DNA of 64,000 nucleotides from Candidatus Levyibacteriota bacterium (lineage in GTDB: Bacteria; Patescibacteriota; Microgenomatia; Levybacterales; UBA12049): positions 530,915-594,914 of the forward strand of contig JACOXU010000001.1 of NCBI GenBank assembly GCA_016182185.1, written 5' to 3'. Below the pieces are notes generated by a model. The model was not told where the DNA came from. It worked only from the letters and a program-made list of their open reading frames with translations, and did not search any database. How positions within the stretch are numbered: the first letter of the stretch is position 1; the number at the start of each line of letters is the position of its first letter. Below are positions 52,997-62,709 of the stretch, one piece after another. Made by a program: the position numbers and the translations under genes.

Positions 52997-55714
52997 TTAC
53001 TGCTCTTGGCCAAGGCTTAAAATAAAATCTTGGTCTTTTAAGATCTCTTTTGAGAATAGAACTTTTCCATCAGACACACTTAGATTGTCAGAAAATGAAA
53101 CTACTTGATATGAAGAGGGGAAAGTAATTGATAGAATAAAAGGGTAGGTCTCAGTTCCCGGCTGTTTAAAATATTTTAAGCTGTATAAGATAGAGGATGA
53201 ATCATCGTTAAAATTTTTGGGTAATTCGTAATCTATGGAAATTTTTTTTGTAGTCTGTGCAGGAATCATTGTAAGAAATCCATAAATAGTTTTCCCCGCC
53301 TCTTCTGTTCTGTCAATTTCAAGAAGCTGTGGAGGAATAAAATTTTTCTGCTCGTAAATTAACGGATCTGTTACTGCGCTCCCAATCTTTTGAGGAATTC
53401 CGTCCATAAAAACCTGTGACAGGGATGCATTTTGAGGAAGTATAAACCTAACATAATTTTTATAGTCACCTCCAGGCCAATCAACACTGTTGTTTTTATA
53501 AACTACAGTTGCTCTTGATGAGACAGAACCATCCTCATTAATATTTATTTCTCCCGTTATGTTTCTCTCTATAAAAAAATTTGCCTTGTTTACTCCAAGA
53601 TTTGCCTCGTTTATTCCAAAAAAATCATTAATTGAGATTGAGTTCTGATTGACTTGCTGCGAGAAGGAAGTTCTGTTGTCCCAAAGAGAGGATGACCATC
53701 CATTAACCGTAAAGAGATTCTGTAAATTGACGTTATTAAATGAAAATATAATATGTTTTTCTTCAATTGAATTTATAACCGCCCTTAAAATAGAAAAATA
53801 GGGTAGGTTTTTGTTTTCTGATACCTTAGTTTGAATTGCTCTTGCCAAAGATCTTAAAAAATCTTTTTTTTGAGTAGATGATGGAAAAAAATCTTTTTCT
53901 GCATGAGTCTGAGTAAGTAGATACATATTTTCAGAGTTCACAATTTCATTATATTCCGGAACTTCAACTGGTCCAATCTCATTCAAAAGTGTCTTCAGAA
54001 ATGAAACATCGATGCCTATCACGCCGTCCACTCTTTGGCTCATTTCTTCATTGAGAAAAAAGGCAGCTGTATAGGCTGATTGTCTAAAATCAGGATCAAA
54101 ATTACTATCTCTCATATACCAATGTGGTTTCTGCAAATACCTTCGAATCGGAAACGGGGGCTCAACATGTCCCTTCAGCTGTCCATCTGCATCATAAATA
54201 TCATTTATTACAAAATCAATAATTCTGCCCCTATCTAAACTCAGAATTCCGTATGATCCGATAAAACCGCCGCCAGGCCTAAGCTCCATATTATTTTGAA
54301 AGAGTATCAGATAAGTTTTTTTTGTATCAACAGCTAAAATATCAGGCAGAGCCTCTTGGATAACGGAAATCTGTTCTATAAAACTCATATAGTTATTAAT
54401 TTCGCTTTTATATGAATCGGGGAGTTTATTTTCCAAATATATTTCCTGAAAAAGAACAATCGCACTTCTTGCTAAAAATTGAGGCTCGAGGATTTCATTC
54501 TGAAAATTTTTAGCATTCCCCGAAGATATGTTCTTAAGTACGAAACCAGCTGAAGATAGGTAATTTATTCCTTTTGATAATTTAACACCAGTGTCAATGT
54601 TTGCAATTAAAGAATCAGCAATTCTGTCTTGCCCAAAAATTGCAAGTTCAAAAAGAAATCCATTGGCGCTTGCTTTTGAAATTTCAAAAAAAGTCTTGGA
54701 TATTGATGAAGCATTAAAAGCTTTTTCTAAAGAGCCGCTTTTAAGCATATTGGTTGAATTTCGAATTTCAACATATCCTAAAAAAGAAAATAAAAGAGTA
54801 GAGGCAAAAGGCAATAGTAGAAAAATCAATAAAAATAAGGATAAAGATTTAAAAATGTATTTTACTTTTTTCATAACATTTGTGTTGTTTTTCTGCTCAC
54901 TTTGCTTTGAGCCCTTTACATCTATCTCAGCTCCGGTCAATTTTTTTGAGAGGGGGTATTGATCATTTATGAGATATTTTCCTTCTTGGAGAATTTTAGT
55001 TTCGGCATTTTGCTTTTCTTTTTTTACAAAATCAATTTTTATGTCGGGGTTTGATTTTTGAAATATATGCGCTAAAGATAAATATGTTTGCGGATAACGC
55101 GGGAAAAGATAATAGATTTTAAAAGAATCCTCTGTGCCAAAAGATAATTTTATTATTTCATCAACTACGTCATCCTCAAGGACAGGAAAGATCTTCTCCA
55201 TTCCATCCCCAGGAATTTTAATCTTCCTGTGTTTCTTTGCCTGATAAATCAACTCATTGACAATAGAATTTTGGTCATCCCAATTACCGCCAAAAGCATC
55301 TCCATAGATAATAATTTTTAACTTCCTATATTCTCCTTTGATTTTATCGATAAAGCTCCATGATATATTTCTTAGGCTTGTAATATAAACTAGTGGAGAT
55401 TTATTTTCTCGAGCTTTTTGAATAAAAACATTAAATGACTCTCGTATAAATGGCTCTCCTTCATCTATTATGAAAATATAAGAGTAAAGGTTTTCAGGAA
55501 TTTGCGAGAATCTTTTCAAAAAGGGAACGTAGAATGTGTTAGAAGTGTTTAAATCACTTGCTCTTGGCTCTATCCCGCTCACATAAACTATAAAAAGATC
55601 ATCTGCTAAGTTCTTAAGTATTGTCGCTCCTAAATTTCCGCGCTTGTCTACGATAAGTGCCAGAGGAATATTTGATGCGGATTTTTCTTCTACGAGGAGG
55701 ACAGGTTTCTTCAT
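52997..55714 (-). CDS. DUF4012 membrane protein with N-terminal degenerate SDR-like domain
   Basis: YLILFQNNMELRPGGGFIGSYG, RDSNFDPDF, NLGVNKAN, KQPGT. Confidence 0.85.
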   Translation of the reverse strand: MKKPVLLVEEKSASNIPLALIVDKRGNLGATILKNLADDLFIVYVSGIEPRASDLNTSNTFYVPFLKRFSQIPENLYSYIFIIDEGEPFIRESFNVFIQKARENKSPLVYITSLRNISWSFIDKIKGEYRKLKIIIYGDAFGGNWDDQNSIVNELIYQAKKHRKIKIPGDGMEKIFPVLEDDVVDEIIKLSFGTEDSFKIYYLFPRYPQTYLSLAHIFQKSNPDIKIDFVKKEKQNAETKILQEGKYLINDQYPLSKKLTGAEIDVKGSKQSEQKNNTNVMKKVKYIFKSLSLFLLIFLLLPFASTLLFSFLGYVEIRNSTNMLKSGSLEKAFNASSISKTFFEISKASANGFLFELAIFGQDRIADSLIANIDTGVKLSKGINYLSSAGFVLKNISSGNAKNFQNEILEPQFLARSAIVLFQEIYLENKLPDSYKSEINNYMSFIEQISVIQEALPDILAVDTKKTYLILFQNNMELRPGGGFIGSYGILSLDRGRIIDFVINDIYDADGQLKGHVEPPFPIRRYLQKPHWYMRDSNFDPDFRQSAYTAAFFLNEEMSQRVDGVIGIDVSFLKTLLNEIGPVEVPEYNEIVNSENMYLLTQTHAEKDFFPSSTQKKDFLRSLARAIQTKVSENKNLPYFSILRAVINSIEEKHIIFSFNNVNLQNLFTVNGWSSSLWDNRTSFSQQVNQNSISINDFFGINEANLGVNKANFFIERNITGEININEDGSVSSRATVVYKNNSVDWPGGDYKNYVRFILPQNASLSQVFMDGIPQKIGSAVTDPLIYEQKNFIPPQLLEIDRTEEAGKTIYGFLTMIPAQTTKKISIDYELPKNFNDDSSSILYSLKYFKQPGTETYPFILSITFPSSYQVVSFSDNLSVSDGKVLFSKEILKDQDFILSLGQEQ

Positions 55715-55733
55715 TAAGCCTATTTTAGGCTAA

Positions 55734-56159
55734 TTAGTCGATTGTGTCTAGCGCAAGATTTACTAGCTTGTCTGCTTGGGTGTTTTTTTCTCGCGGGATG
55801 TGATTATAATAAATTGGAAATTTAATTTCTGCCTCTTTTTCCTTAACTTGATAATATAAATTTTTAAGTGCTGTGTTCTTAATTCTAAAGAGACCTGAAA
55901 TTTGCGAATAGGCCAGATTTGAATCTAAAAATAAATAAATTTTTACATCTTCAGCTAAATTATTTTTATTCTCAATAATCCATTCAAGTGCACTTATAAC
56001 TGCTTTGTATTCGGCTATGTTGTTGGTTGCTCTTCCAATTTTTCTTCCAAAACCGGCAATTTTTCTACCATCTTGGTCTGTTATATAAACCCCGGTTGCC
56101 GAAGGACCGGGATTGCCCCTTGCGCCTCCGTCAACATAAATATTAAGATGAGAAAACAT
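55734..56159 (-). CDS. rnhA: Ribonuclease HI
   Basis: DGGARGNPGP, TNNIAEY, DS, HIPREKNTQADKL. Confidence 0.93.
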   Translation of the reverse strand: MFSHLNIYVDGGARGNPGPSATGVYITDQDGRKIAGFGRKIGRATNNIAEYKAVISALEWIIENKNNLAEDVKIYLFLDSNLAYSQISGLFRIKNTALKNLYYQVKEKEAEIKFPIYYNHIPREKNTQADKLVNLALDTID

Positions 56160-56168
56160 ATAATCTTA

Positions 56169-57488
56169 TTATATATTGTAACATTTCGCCCAGCATAAAC
56201 CTAGGGCAAAAGAAAAAAGAAGTTGTCCTTGCTGAAGCGTTAAAAAATAATGATCAAAAAAACCTAAAATTAAAATGCAGGAAAGAATCGTAAATCGTAA
56301 ATCGTAAATCGTAAATCGTAAATTACGATAAGTCCTTATAATAAACCATAAAAAAAACAACAGGCCAGATAATCCAACCTGTAAAGCAATGAGTAAAAAT
56401 ATATTGTGCACTGGTTGAAAATAAAAAATGTTATCTCGCATCGAAATTAGAGAAAGTTCTGATATTGAGTTGTTTATACCAACCCCAAATATGGGATTTT
56501 GAATTATCAAAAAGACTGAATTTTTAATTAAATCTAGTCTAGTTTTAATAACAGGATCTGAAAAACTTAAGTCTAAAAATCGACTACCTAACGGAGTGAA
56601 GAATATACCAAAAAATATGGCTAGAACTATTAATAAATAAAGTGTTCCGTATTTGTTTTTTTGTCCAATTGTTCTGAAAATAAAGGTAGTAACAATCACT
56701 AGCCACAAGAGAATTGCAACTCTACTCATGGAAAGAAATAGAGAAATTGAGCCGACAATAAGCGAAAAGGCAAACATTCTTAGCAGAAACTTGTTCTTTG
56801 TAATCAAATTATAAAGAATTAAAATCATTGAAATAAGGAGAAAGCCCGAAAGCACATTAGGATGTGAAAAAGTAGCATAGGGACGGAGCACAAGATTACC
56901 ATTTAAAGATGCATTGGCAATCCCGGGCGTCTGTCCGTTAAAGGATCTTTCACCCAAAAAATATAATAGCCCCCCTAAAGAACCCTGATTTATAAATTGA
57001 AAAACAGCAATTAAGGATTCAAATATTAATGTTATTGAAAAAATAATTAGTATTTTTTTGAATCTCTTTTTATTAATAAAGACAGATGTATAATAACCAA
57101 TAAATCCAAATTCGATCAGCTTAATTATTCCATACCATCCTGCCATTTGATTTTTGGAAACAACAATCCCTGCGATAATTAAAAAGGGGAGTAATAACAA
57201 AAAACTCTTTGTTTTAAGTAAATCCGCCAAAGCACCAATGAGTTTTTCAAAAGAAAGGTTTCTCGTATTATTTATTAACCAAAAAGCAAAAAGGAGAATA
57301 ATTAAAACATCTGTTATGTATAAGGTGGGGGATAAATAATCAACTCTTATGCCGTAAATGTATGAAAAAGATGGCCAAAAATGACGTCCAAGTTGGGTTG
57401 GAAGAAAAAGAATAATAAGGTAGTAAATTAGGTGTTCTAGGTTAGGTCTTCGGCCTGACAACCAATACTCTATCTTTCCCATCGCCAA
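56169..57488 (-). CDS. O-antigen ligase family membrane protein (start uncertain)
   Basis: RPYATFSHPN, SRVA, FGVG, QPVHNIFL, FDHY. Confidence 0.87.
   Translation of the reverse strand: MAMGKIEYWLSGRRPNLEHLIYYLIILFLPTQLGRHFWPSFSYIYGIRVDYLSPTLYITDVLIILLFAFWLINNTRNLSFEKLIGALADLLKTKSFLLLLPFLIIAGIVVSKNQMAGWYGIIKLIEFGFIGYYTSVFINKKRFKKILIIFSITLIFESLIAVFQFINQGSLGGLLYFLGERSFNGQTPGIANASLNGNLVLRPYATFSHPNVLSGFLLISMILILYNLITKNKFLLRMFAFSLIVGSISLFLSMSRVAILLWLVIVTTFIFRTIGQKNKYGTLYLLIVLAIFFGIFFTPLGSRFLDLSFSDPVIKTRLDLIKNSVFLIIQNPIFGVGINNSISELSLISMRDNIFYFQPVHNIFLLIALQVGLSGLLFFLWFIIRTYRNLRFTIYDLRFTILSCILILGFFDHYFLTLQQGQLLFSFALGLCWAKCYNI
56286..56320. repeat. Perfect heptamer tandem repeat in O-antigen ligase gene
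   Basis: (AATCGTA)x5, encoding LRFTIYDLRFTI. Confidence 0.92.
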
Positions 57489-57900
57489 CCGATTCTGTCA
57501 TGACTTCATCGTCATTTTGAAAAGTAAGATGGATTATCCTTCTTTCCCAGGCTTTGAGCATGGGTAGGGTAAATTCTCTTCGTTCAGATAAAACTTTATC
57601 TTTTGTTTCTTGGGCTAGGTTCTTAAGCCAATCTTCCCGATTTTTACGATACTCTCCAACCTCTACAGAAATCCTCTTAAACTCTTTTAAGCTCCTCGAG
57701 ATGCACAAAGATAAGATAAGCTGAAGAGATTCAAGAATATCTCCGTGATGACCGATCACAATTCCGCTATCAGGCGTGTCTAATATGATTTCGTATCCAT
57801 CGTCATTTTCTCTTATTTCGATGTCTGCCTCGATTCCCAAAAGAACCAAAAGCTCTTCGGTTATTTTTTTAATTATTTTTTGGTCTTTTTTTTCACTCAT
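57442..57900 (-). CDS. jag: Jag/KhpB RNA-binding protein (KH plus R3H, no Jag_N)
   Basis: IGHHGDILESLQ, WERRIIH, ESVGDGKDR; downstream of yidC. Confidence 0.9.
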   Translation of the reverse strand: MSEKKDQKIIKKITEELLVLLGIEADIEIRENDDGYEIILDTPDSGIVIGHHGDILESLQLILSLCISRSLKEFKRISVEVGEYRKNREDWLKNLAQETKDKVLSERREFTLPMLKAWERRIIHLTFQNDDEVMTESVGDGKDRVLVVRPKT

Positions 57901-58742
57901 TTACTTTTACCTATTAATTTATTTTTCCAACTTTCTAATCCACCAAGTCCGACTATTTGATACTGCTGTATTATACCGAATAAAGTGAACGTATTCCAGT
58001 ATAAAGAAAGGCCAATGGGAAAAGTATAAGAGAAAAAACCTATCATAATTGGGAAGATATATGTGGATTGTGATTGAAATGCAGAAGCAAAATCATCTTT
58101 TTTCTTTTCCTGCCTGCCGGCAGGCAGGTCTTTATTTTTAGCGTTCTGGGATGCAGGAGTAAATAACATTTTCGATTGTATAAACTGAAGGACTCCAGTG
58201 ATGATTGGGACTAAGAAAATTAAAGGACCCAGCGTCGATAGAAGATTTGCTGGGTTTGACCCGAGCGGAAGACCAAAAAAATTAGTATCCCATCCGTTTG
58301 TTATTTTTAAAAAATCAAAGTACACAACTTTATTAATTTCTGAAATTACTTTTTGTGATTCTGGCCGAACAATTTGCTGAAGAACAGAATACAATCCCCA
58401 AATGATCGGCAGCTGAACCAGCATGGGCAGGCATCCTGCTGCCGGATTTACGCCGTGTTCTTTGTATAACCTCATTGTTTCTTGCTGAAGACGTTTCGCA
58501 TCTTCTTTATGTTTTTCTTTAAGCTTGGAAAGGTGCGGACTTAATTCCTGCATTTTCTTCGATGCTTTAAGCTGAGAAGCCATCATGGGATACAATGCAA
58601 ATCTTATCAGGGCAGTCAGTATAATTATCGAAAATCCGAGAGCATATGGAATACTTAAGGTAAACAGTAGTTTGTAAATAGCGATTAGTCCGTTTAAAAT
58701 AGGCCAAACTAGAACATAGTTAAAAATATTTGGATCACTCAT
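57897..58742 (-). CDS. yidC: Membrane protein insertase
   Basis: IRFALYP, GVNPAAGCLPMLVQLP, GLSLYW. Confidence 0.95.
   Translation of the reverse strand: MSDPNIFNYVLVWPILNGLIAIYKLLFTLSIPYALGFSIIILTALIRFALYPMMASQLKASKKMQELSPHLSKLKEKHKEDAKRLQQETMRLYKEHGVNPAAGCLPMLVQLPIIWGLYSVLQQIVRPESQKVISEINKVVYFDFLKITNGWDTNFFGLPLGSNPANLLSTLGPLIFLVPIITGVLQFIQSKMLFTPASQNAKNKDLPAGRQEKKKDDFASAFQSQSTYIFPIMIGFFSYTFPIGLSLYWNTFTLFGIIQQYQIVGLGGLESWKNKLIGKSK
58109..58128. repeat. Perfect 20-bp palindrome inside yidC
   Basis: CCTGCCTGCCGGCAGGCAGG, encoding LPAGRQ. Confidence 0.9.
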
Positions 58743-58957
58743 ATAATATTTTGTCTATAAAATGGCTGACATTTTAAAAATCTGACAAAAAAATTATATC
58801 CACCTAAGAATAGACCGTTTTCCTTTATTTGCTTTTTGGCAAATTCTGAGCAGGACGGCGAGAACCTACACGATCCCCTTATCCCTAAAATATTTTTAAG
58901 GAACAGGGAAAGATACTGCTGATAAAAATTTATTAATAATATAGTCAGGTACTTCAT
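58739..58957 (-). CDS. yidD: Membrane protein insertion efficiency factor
   Basis: YQ, CRFSPSCSEF, RFLKCQPF. Confidence 0.9.
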   Translation of the reverse strand: MKYLTILLINFYQQYLSLFLKNILGIRGSCRFSPSCSEFAKKQIKENGLFLGGYNFFVRFLKCQPFYRQNII

Positions 58958-59283
58958 TTAATTAAGTAGTTTTTATTCAAAATTTTATTAAATTCAAAGA
59001 AAATTTGACTAAAGCTGGCTTTTACTGATTCTTCTTTGGCAATAATTAAAAAATCTATCCCTGCTTTTATATCATCAAGGTTTTTCTCAACGCAGATTCT
59101 AAGAAACCTTTTTATTCTGTTTCTACCAACTGCAGTTTTACTAATTTTTTTTGAAACAATGAAACCAAACCTACTAACGCCTTGTGTATTACTTTGAATT
59201 TTTATTAAAAAAAAACGGGAAGAAATTTTACTGCCTTCCTTTATTTTTGTTCTTGCTGGAAGACGATTTATTTTATTGAGCAT
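58954..59283 (-). CDS. rnpA: RNase P protein component
   Basis: RFGFIVSKK, AVGRNRIKR. Confidence 0.93.
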   Translation of the reverse strand: MLNKINRLPARTKIKEGSKISSRFFLIKIQSNTQGVSRFGFIVSKKISKTAVGRNRIKRFLRICVEKNLDDIKAGIDFLIIAKEESVKASFSQIFFEFNKILNKNYLIK

Positions 59284-59417
59284 TAGATAGCGATTCTTTT
59301 TCTTCCTTTTTTTCTTCTTCTTTTTATTACTTTTTCCCCAGAGTATGTTTTTGTTCTGGCCCTGAAACCATGCTTTCTTTTTCTTTTTATTTTTTTAGGT
59401 TTTGTTAATCTCTCCAT
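59283..59417 (-). CDS. rpmH: 50S ribosomal protein L34 (absent from ORF track)
   Basis: [44 protein letters not shown]. Confidence 0.93.
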   Translation of the reverse strand: MERLTKPKKIKRKRKHGFRARTKTYSGEKVIKRRRKKGRKRIAI

Positions 59418-59499
59418 ATTATTAAGAATTAAAATATTATAACAGAAACTTTTTTTGTTTAATAGTATCAGAAGACATAGTTTTATCCATTTTTTTATC

Positions 59500-59519
59500 T
59501 TGACAAAAAGTTATCCACA
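59500..59519 (+). promoter_or_regulatory. dnaA promoter -35 box followed by a perfect DnaA box
   Basis: TTGACA at 59500-59505; TTATCCACA at 59511-59519. Confidence 0.8.
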
Positions 59520-59560
59520 TCGCTAAACTCATTATCACCGGAAATTATTTTTTAAAACTT

Positions 59561-60913
59561 ATGACTAAAGAAAATCAAGAACTCTGGAAAGCCATTTTGG
59601 GAGAAATCGAAACAGAAGTATCAAGGGCAATTTTTTTAACCCTTTTTAAACACACTTTTCTTATTTCTTTTGAAAACGGAGTAATGACTATTGCTGCCTC
59701 ATCCGTAATGATCGTCGATCTTCTGCAAAAAAGATATTATCAAATCATAAAAAAGACCGTTGATAAGCATACTGGTCTTAGCGTAAAAATAATTTTTGTT
59801 CCCAAAACTATTTTCCCTGAGATAAAAACTGATGATAAAGATGGACCGCTTTTTGCCGGAGAAGAGAAAAGCACAATAATCGGGCATCTACCGAGAGTAC
59901 GTAAGGAATACACCTTTCAAACTATGGCTGTCTCATCAAGTAATCAGCTTGCTTATGTCAGCGCGCAGACTGTTGCTAAAAAAATTGGTACAGCGTATAA
60001 CCCTCTTTTTATCTATGGGCCGGTTGGAGTAGGAAAAACGCACCTTATACACGCTATTGCAAACAAGGTGTTTGAAGAGTCTCAAGATAAGAAAATTTTT
60101 TATATAACCAGCGAGGGTTTTACAAATGAAGTCGTAGAGGCTATAAGAACAAACGATACTGCAAGAATGAAGAAAAAATTTAGAAACGTAGATATTTTAG
60201 CTATTGATGATGTTCAATTTGTGGCAGGAAAAGAAAGAGTTCAGGAGGAATTATTTCACACCTTCAACACCCTAATAGATAAGGGCGCCCAGGTTGTGCT
60301 TTCTTCGGATAGGCCCCCATCCGAAATAAAAAAACTTGAAAAGAGACTTTCTTCTCGCTTCTCAGGCGGCCTAACAGTCGATATAGAGCCTCCGGATTTT
60401 GAATTAAGAACGGCAATTTTACTTATAAAAGCCAAGAAGTATGATTTTCCGCTAACGATTGATGCGGCAAAAAAAATTGCCGAACACTCACAAGACGCAA
60501 GGAAACTCGAGGGAATTCTATTGCGAATAATGACCGAAGCCCAATCAATCGAGGGGGAATTGTCAAACAATATTATAGAAAAGGTTTTATATAACAATAA
60601 TAAAACTGCTCTTAGTTATTATCACCCAGACGAGATAATAAATAACGTCTGCTCCTTCTATAAAATAAAACCAACCCAAATTAAAGGGGTTAAAAGAGAC
60701 GCCCTTTTGGTTCGGGCAAGGCAAATAGCAATGTATATTTTAAGATCCAGGCTTAATCTTTCATATGTTGAAATAGGAAACATACTCGGCGGAAGAGATC
60801 ACACGACAATTATGCACGGTGTTGAGAAAGTAGAGGGGCTCCTCTCGGGGGAACTGTTTTCGGATGAGGTCAATAAAATAATAAGCACTACTGGGGGAAA
60901 TCTTGTGGATTAA
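59561..60913 (+). CDS. dnaA: Chromosomal replication initiator
   Basis: YNPLFIYGPVGVGKTHL, IDDVQF, QEELFHTFN, GGRDHTTIMH. Confidence 0.98.
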   Translation: MTKENQELWKAILGEIETEVSRAIFLTLFKHTFLISFENGVMTIAASSVMIVDLLQKRYYQIIKKTVDKHTGLSVKIIFVPKTIFPEIKTDDKDGPLFAGEEKSTIIGHLPRVRKEYTFQTMAVSSSNQLAYVSAQTVAKKIGTAYNPLFIYGPVGVGKTHLIHAIANKVFEESQDKKIFYITSEGFTNEVVEAIRTNDTARMKKKFRNVDILAIDDVQFVAGKERVQEELFHTFNTLIDKGAQVVLSSDRPPSEIKKLEKRLSSRFSGGLTVDIEPPDFELRTAILLIKAKKYDFPLTIDAAKKIAEHSQDARKLEGILLRIMTEAQSIEGELSNNIIEKVLYNNNKTALSYYHPDEIINNVCSFYKIKPTQIKGVKRDALLVRARQIAMYILRSRLNLSYVEIGNILGGRDHTTIMHGVEKVEGLLSGELFSDEVNKIISTTGGNLVD

Positions 60914-61060
60914 AAGCCCCCCCGCCCCCTCCTTATTTTCCCCCAACCATTTCCACATTTTTATAAACATCTTTTCCACAAAAAAACTACACTGGCAGTC
61001 TTGCTTTTTTCCACTTTTCCCTATAAACTACTACAACTACAAATTTAAATATATTAGTAA
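60904..61060. other. Replication origin oriC (dnaA-dnaN intergenic)
   Basis: DnaA-box-like TGTGGATTA, ATTTCCACA, TTATAAACA, TTTTCCACA, TTTTCCACT; trio-like CTACTACAACTACAA; AT-rich tail. Confidence 0.8.
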
Positions 61061-62176
61061 ATGAGAATTCTGCTTCTGTCTGAAAATATTAATAAAAAAT
61101 TACCATTTGTAAGCCATGCTGTTTCAAGCAGGTCGCAACTTCCGATACTTTCTAATTTTCTTCTAAGGTCTCAAAAGGGGAAGTTTTACATATGCGCTAC
61201 CGACCTTGAAATAGGAATAGAGGAAAACATTCCAGCAAACATTGAAGAAGATGGGGAGATAACTGTTCCAGCAAGAGTTTTTTTTGAATTTATCTCAGGA
61301 ATTCAAAAAGGGAAAATTCTCCTTTACACCAAAGAAACGAGCTTATTTTTGGAGTCAGATGGGATCAAAACCGTCTTTCAGACTATGCCACCAGGGGACT
61401 TCCCCAAACTATACGAAGACAAGGGCGGGAAACAGGGAACCTTAAAGAAGGATGTTGTTGAAAAGAATTTTGCAAAAGTTGTTTTTGCGGCAAGCCAGGA
61501 TAACGAGAGACCGGCCCTATCGGGGGTTTTGTTTAAAAAAGAAAAAAGAGGAAGTTTTTCTGTGGTTGCAACCGATGGGTACAGGCTTTCTTTAAAAAGA
61601 GACGTCTCGGTCGTTGAGGAAGAAGAGTCGTCTGACGGGGTTGGGTTTCTTGCTCCCGTAAGATTAATAAAAGAATTAATATCCCTAAAAAACAATGGTG
61701 ATATTGGAATATATTCTTCAAAGAAAAACAATCAAATAATGTTTTTTCAAGATGAAACCGTTTTGGTAGGAAGGTTAATAGAGGCAGAGTTTCCTAACTA
61801 TGAAAAAATAATTCCGAGTGATTTTTCATCAAGAACTGTTTTGGACCGAAGAGAATTGCATCAAGCTGTAAAATCATCTTCAATTTTTGCCCGCGAGACA
61901 ACAAACATTATTAAATTTTCTCTTGAAAAAAACAAAATAACCCTTTCTGCAAGCGCTCCGTCTTTGGGCGAAAGCAGGATTGATGTTGGTGCAAAGACCG
62001 AAGGAGAGGAAAACGAAATAGCCTTCAATGCCAGATATTTACTGGAGCTATTGGGAAACATAGAAGAAGAGGAAGTTGTTTTTGAGATGAGCGGTCCGCT
62101 TAACCCCGGAGTTTTTAAAATACCAGAGGATCCCAACTTTCTCCATATCATCATGCCCATTAGAGTGCAGGGGTGA
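61061..62176 (+). CDS. dnaN: DNA polymerase III beta clamp
   Basis: LPILSN, ATDLEIG, RPALSGV, ATDGYRL, IAFNARYL, IMPIR. Confidence 0.97.
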   Translation: MRILLLSENINKKLPFVSHAVSSRSQLPILSNFLLRSQKGKFYICATDLEIGIEENIPANIEEDGEITVPARVFFEFISGIQKGKILLYTKETSLFLESDGIKTVFQTMPPGDFPKLYEDKGGKQGTLKKDVVEKNFAKVVFAASQDNERPALSGVLFKKEKRGSFSVVATDGYRLSLKRDVSVVEEEESSDGVGFLAPVRLIKELISLKNNGDIGIYSSKKNNQIMFFQDETVLVGRLIEAEFPNYEKIIPSDFSSRTVLDRRELHQAVKSSSIFARETTNIIKFSLEKNKITLSASAPSLGESRIDVGAKTEGEENEIAFNARYLLELLGNIEEEEVVFEMSGPLNPGVFKIPEDPNFLHIIMPIRVQG

Positions 62177-62681
62177 CCTGTTCATTTGGAGGTTTGGTTT
62201 CCGCACCTGAAGCCTCTTCATCACGCGTTACGATAGCCTTAAATTCAAGCTTATATTCACTACCCAAGGACGAACCGAGTTGACTTTTAACTTTTTTAAT
62301 TATTAATGTGTATGTCTGATCAGGCTTCCAAAAAGATTTTGGCCTAAAGGATAGCTTTGTTGCCGACTGATCCAATCGAGTTATGACCACGATGGTCGGA
62401 TTTATCTCATAGTCAAGACTGGTTGGGTCAATTGAATCATTAAGCTCTATAGTAACAGTAGAAGATATAGCCAAAGACTTTAGATATTTTTCTTCTGGAT
62501 AAACAGATATGATTCTTAGAATTTCCTGTCCACCTGGATAGCTCCCCGATATGGGAGTGGGTGTTGGTTGTTCTTGGGATGGCGCAATAGGATTTTTGCC
62601 AGTCAGCAAGACATAAATAATGAAAAAGAGTATTAAAACAGATACGCCTATTAAAAAAAATATAATTCTTGATTTTCCCAT
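62160..62681 (-). CDS. Membrane-anchored Ig-like (Big_5-type) protein
   Basis: N-terminal TM, PTPTP, LSFRP...WKPDQTYTLII. Confidence 0.7.
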   Translation of the reverse strand: MGKSRIIFFLIGVSVLILFFIIYVLLTGKNPIAPSQEQPTPTPISGSYPGGQEILRIISVYPEEKYLKSLAISSTVTIELNDSIDPTSLDYEINPTIVVITRLDQSATKLSFRPKSFWKPDQTYTLIIKKVKSQLGSSLGSEYKLEFKAIVTRDEEASGAETKPPNEQVTPAL

Positions 62682-62709
62682 ACAGTAATTTTACTCTTTT
62701 TACCGAGTG

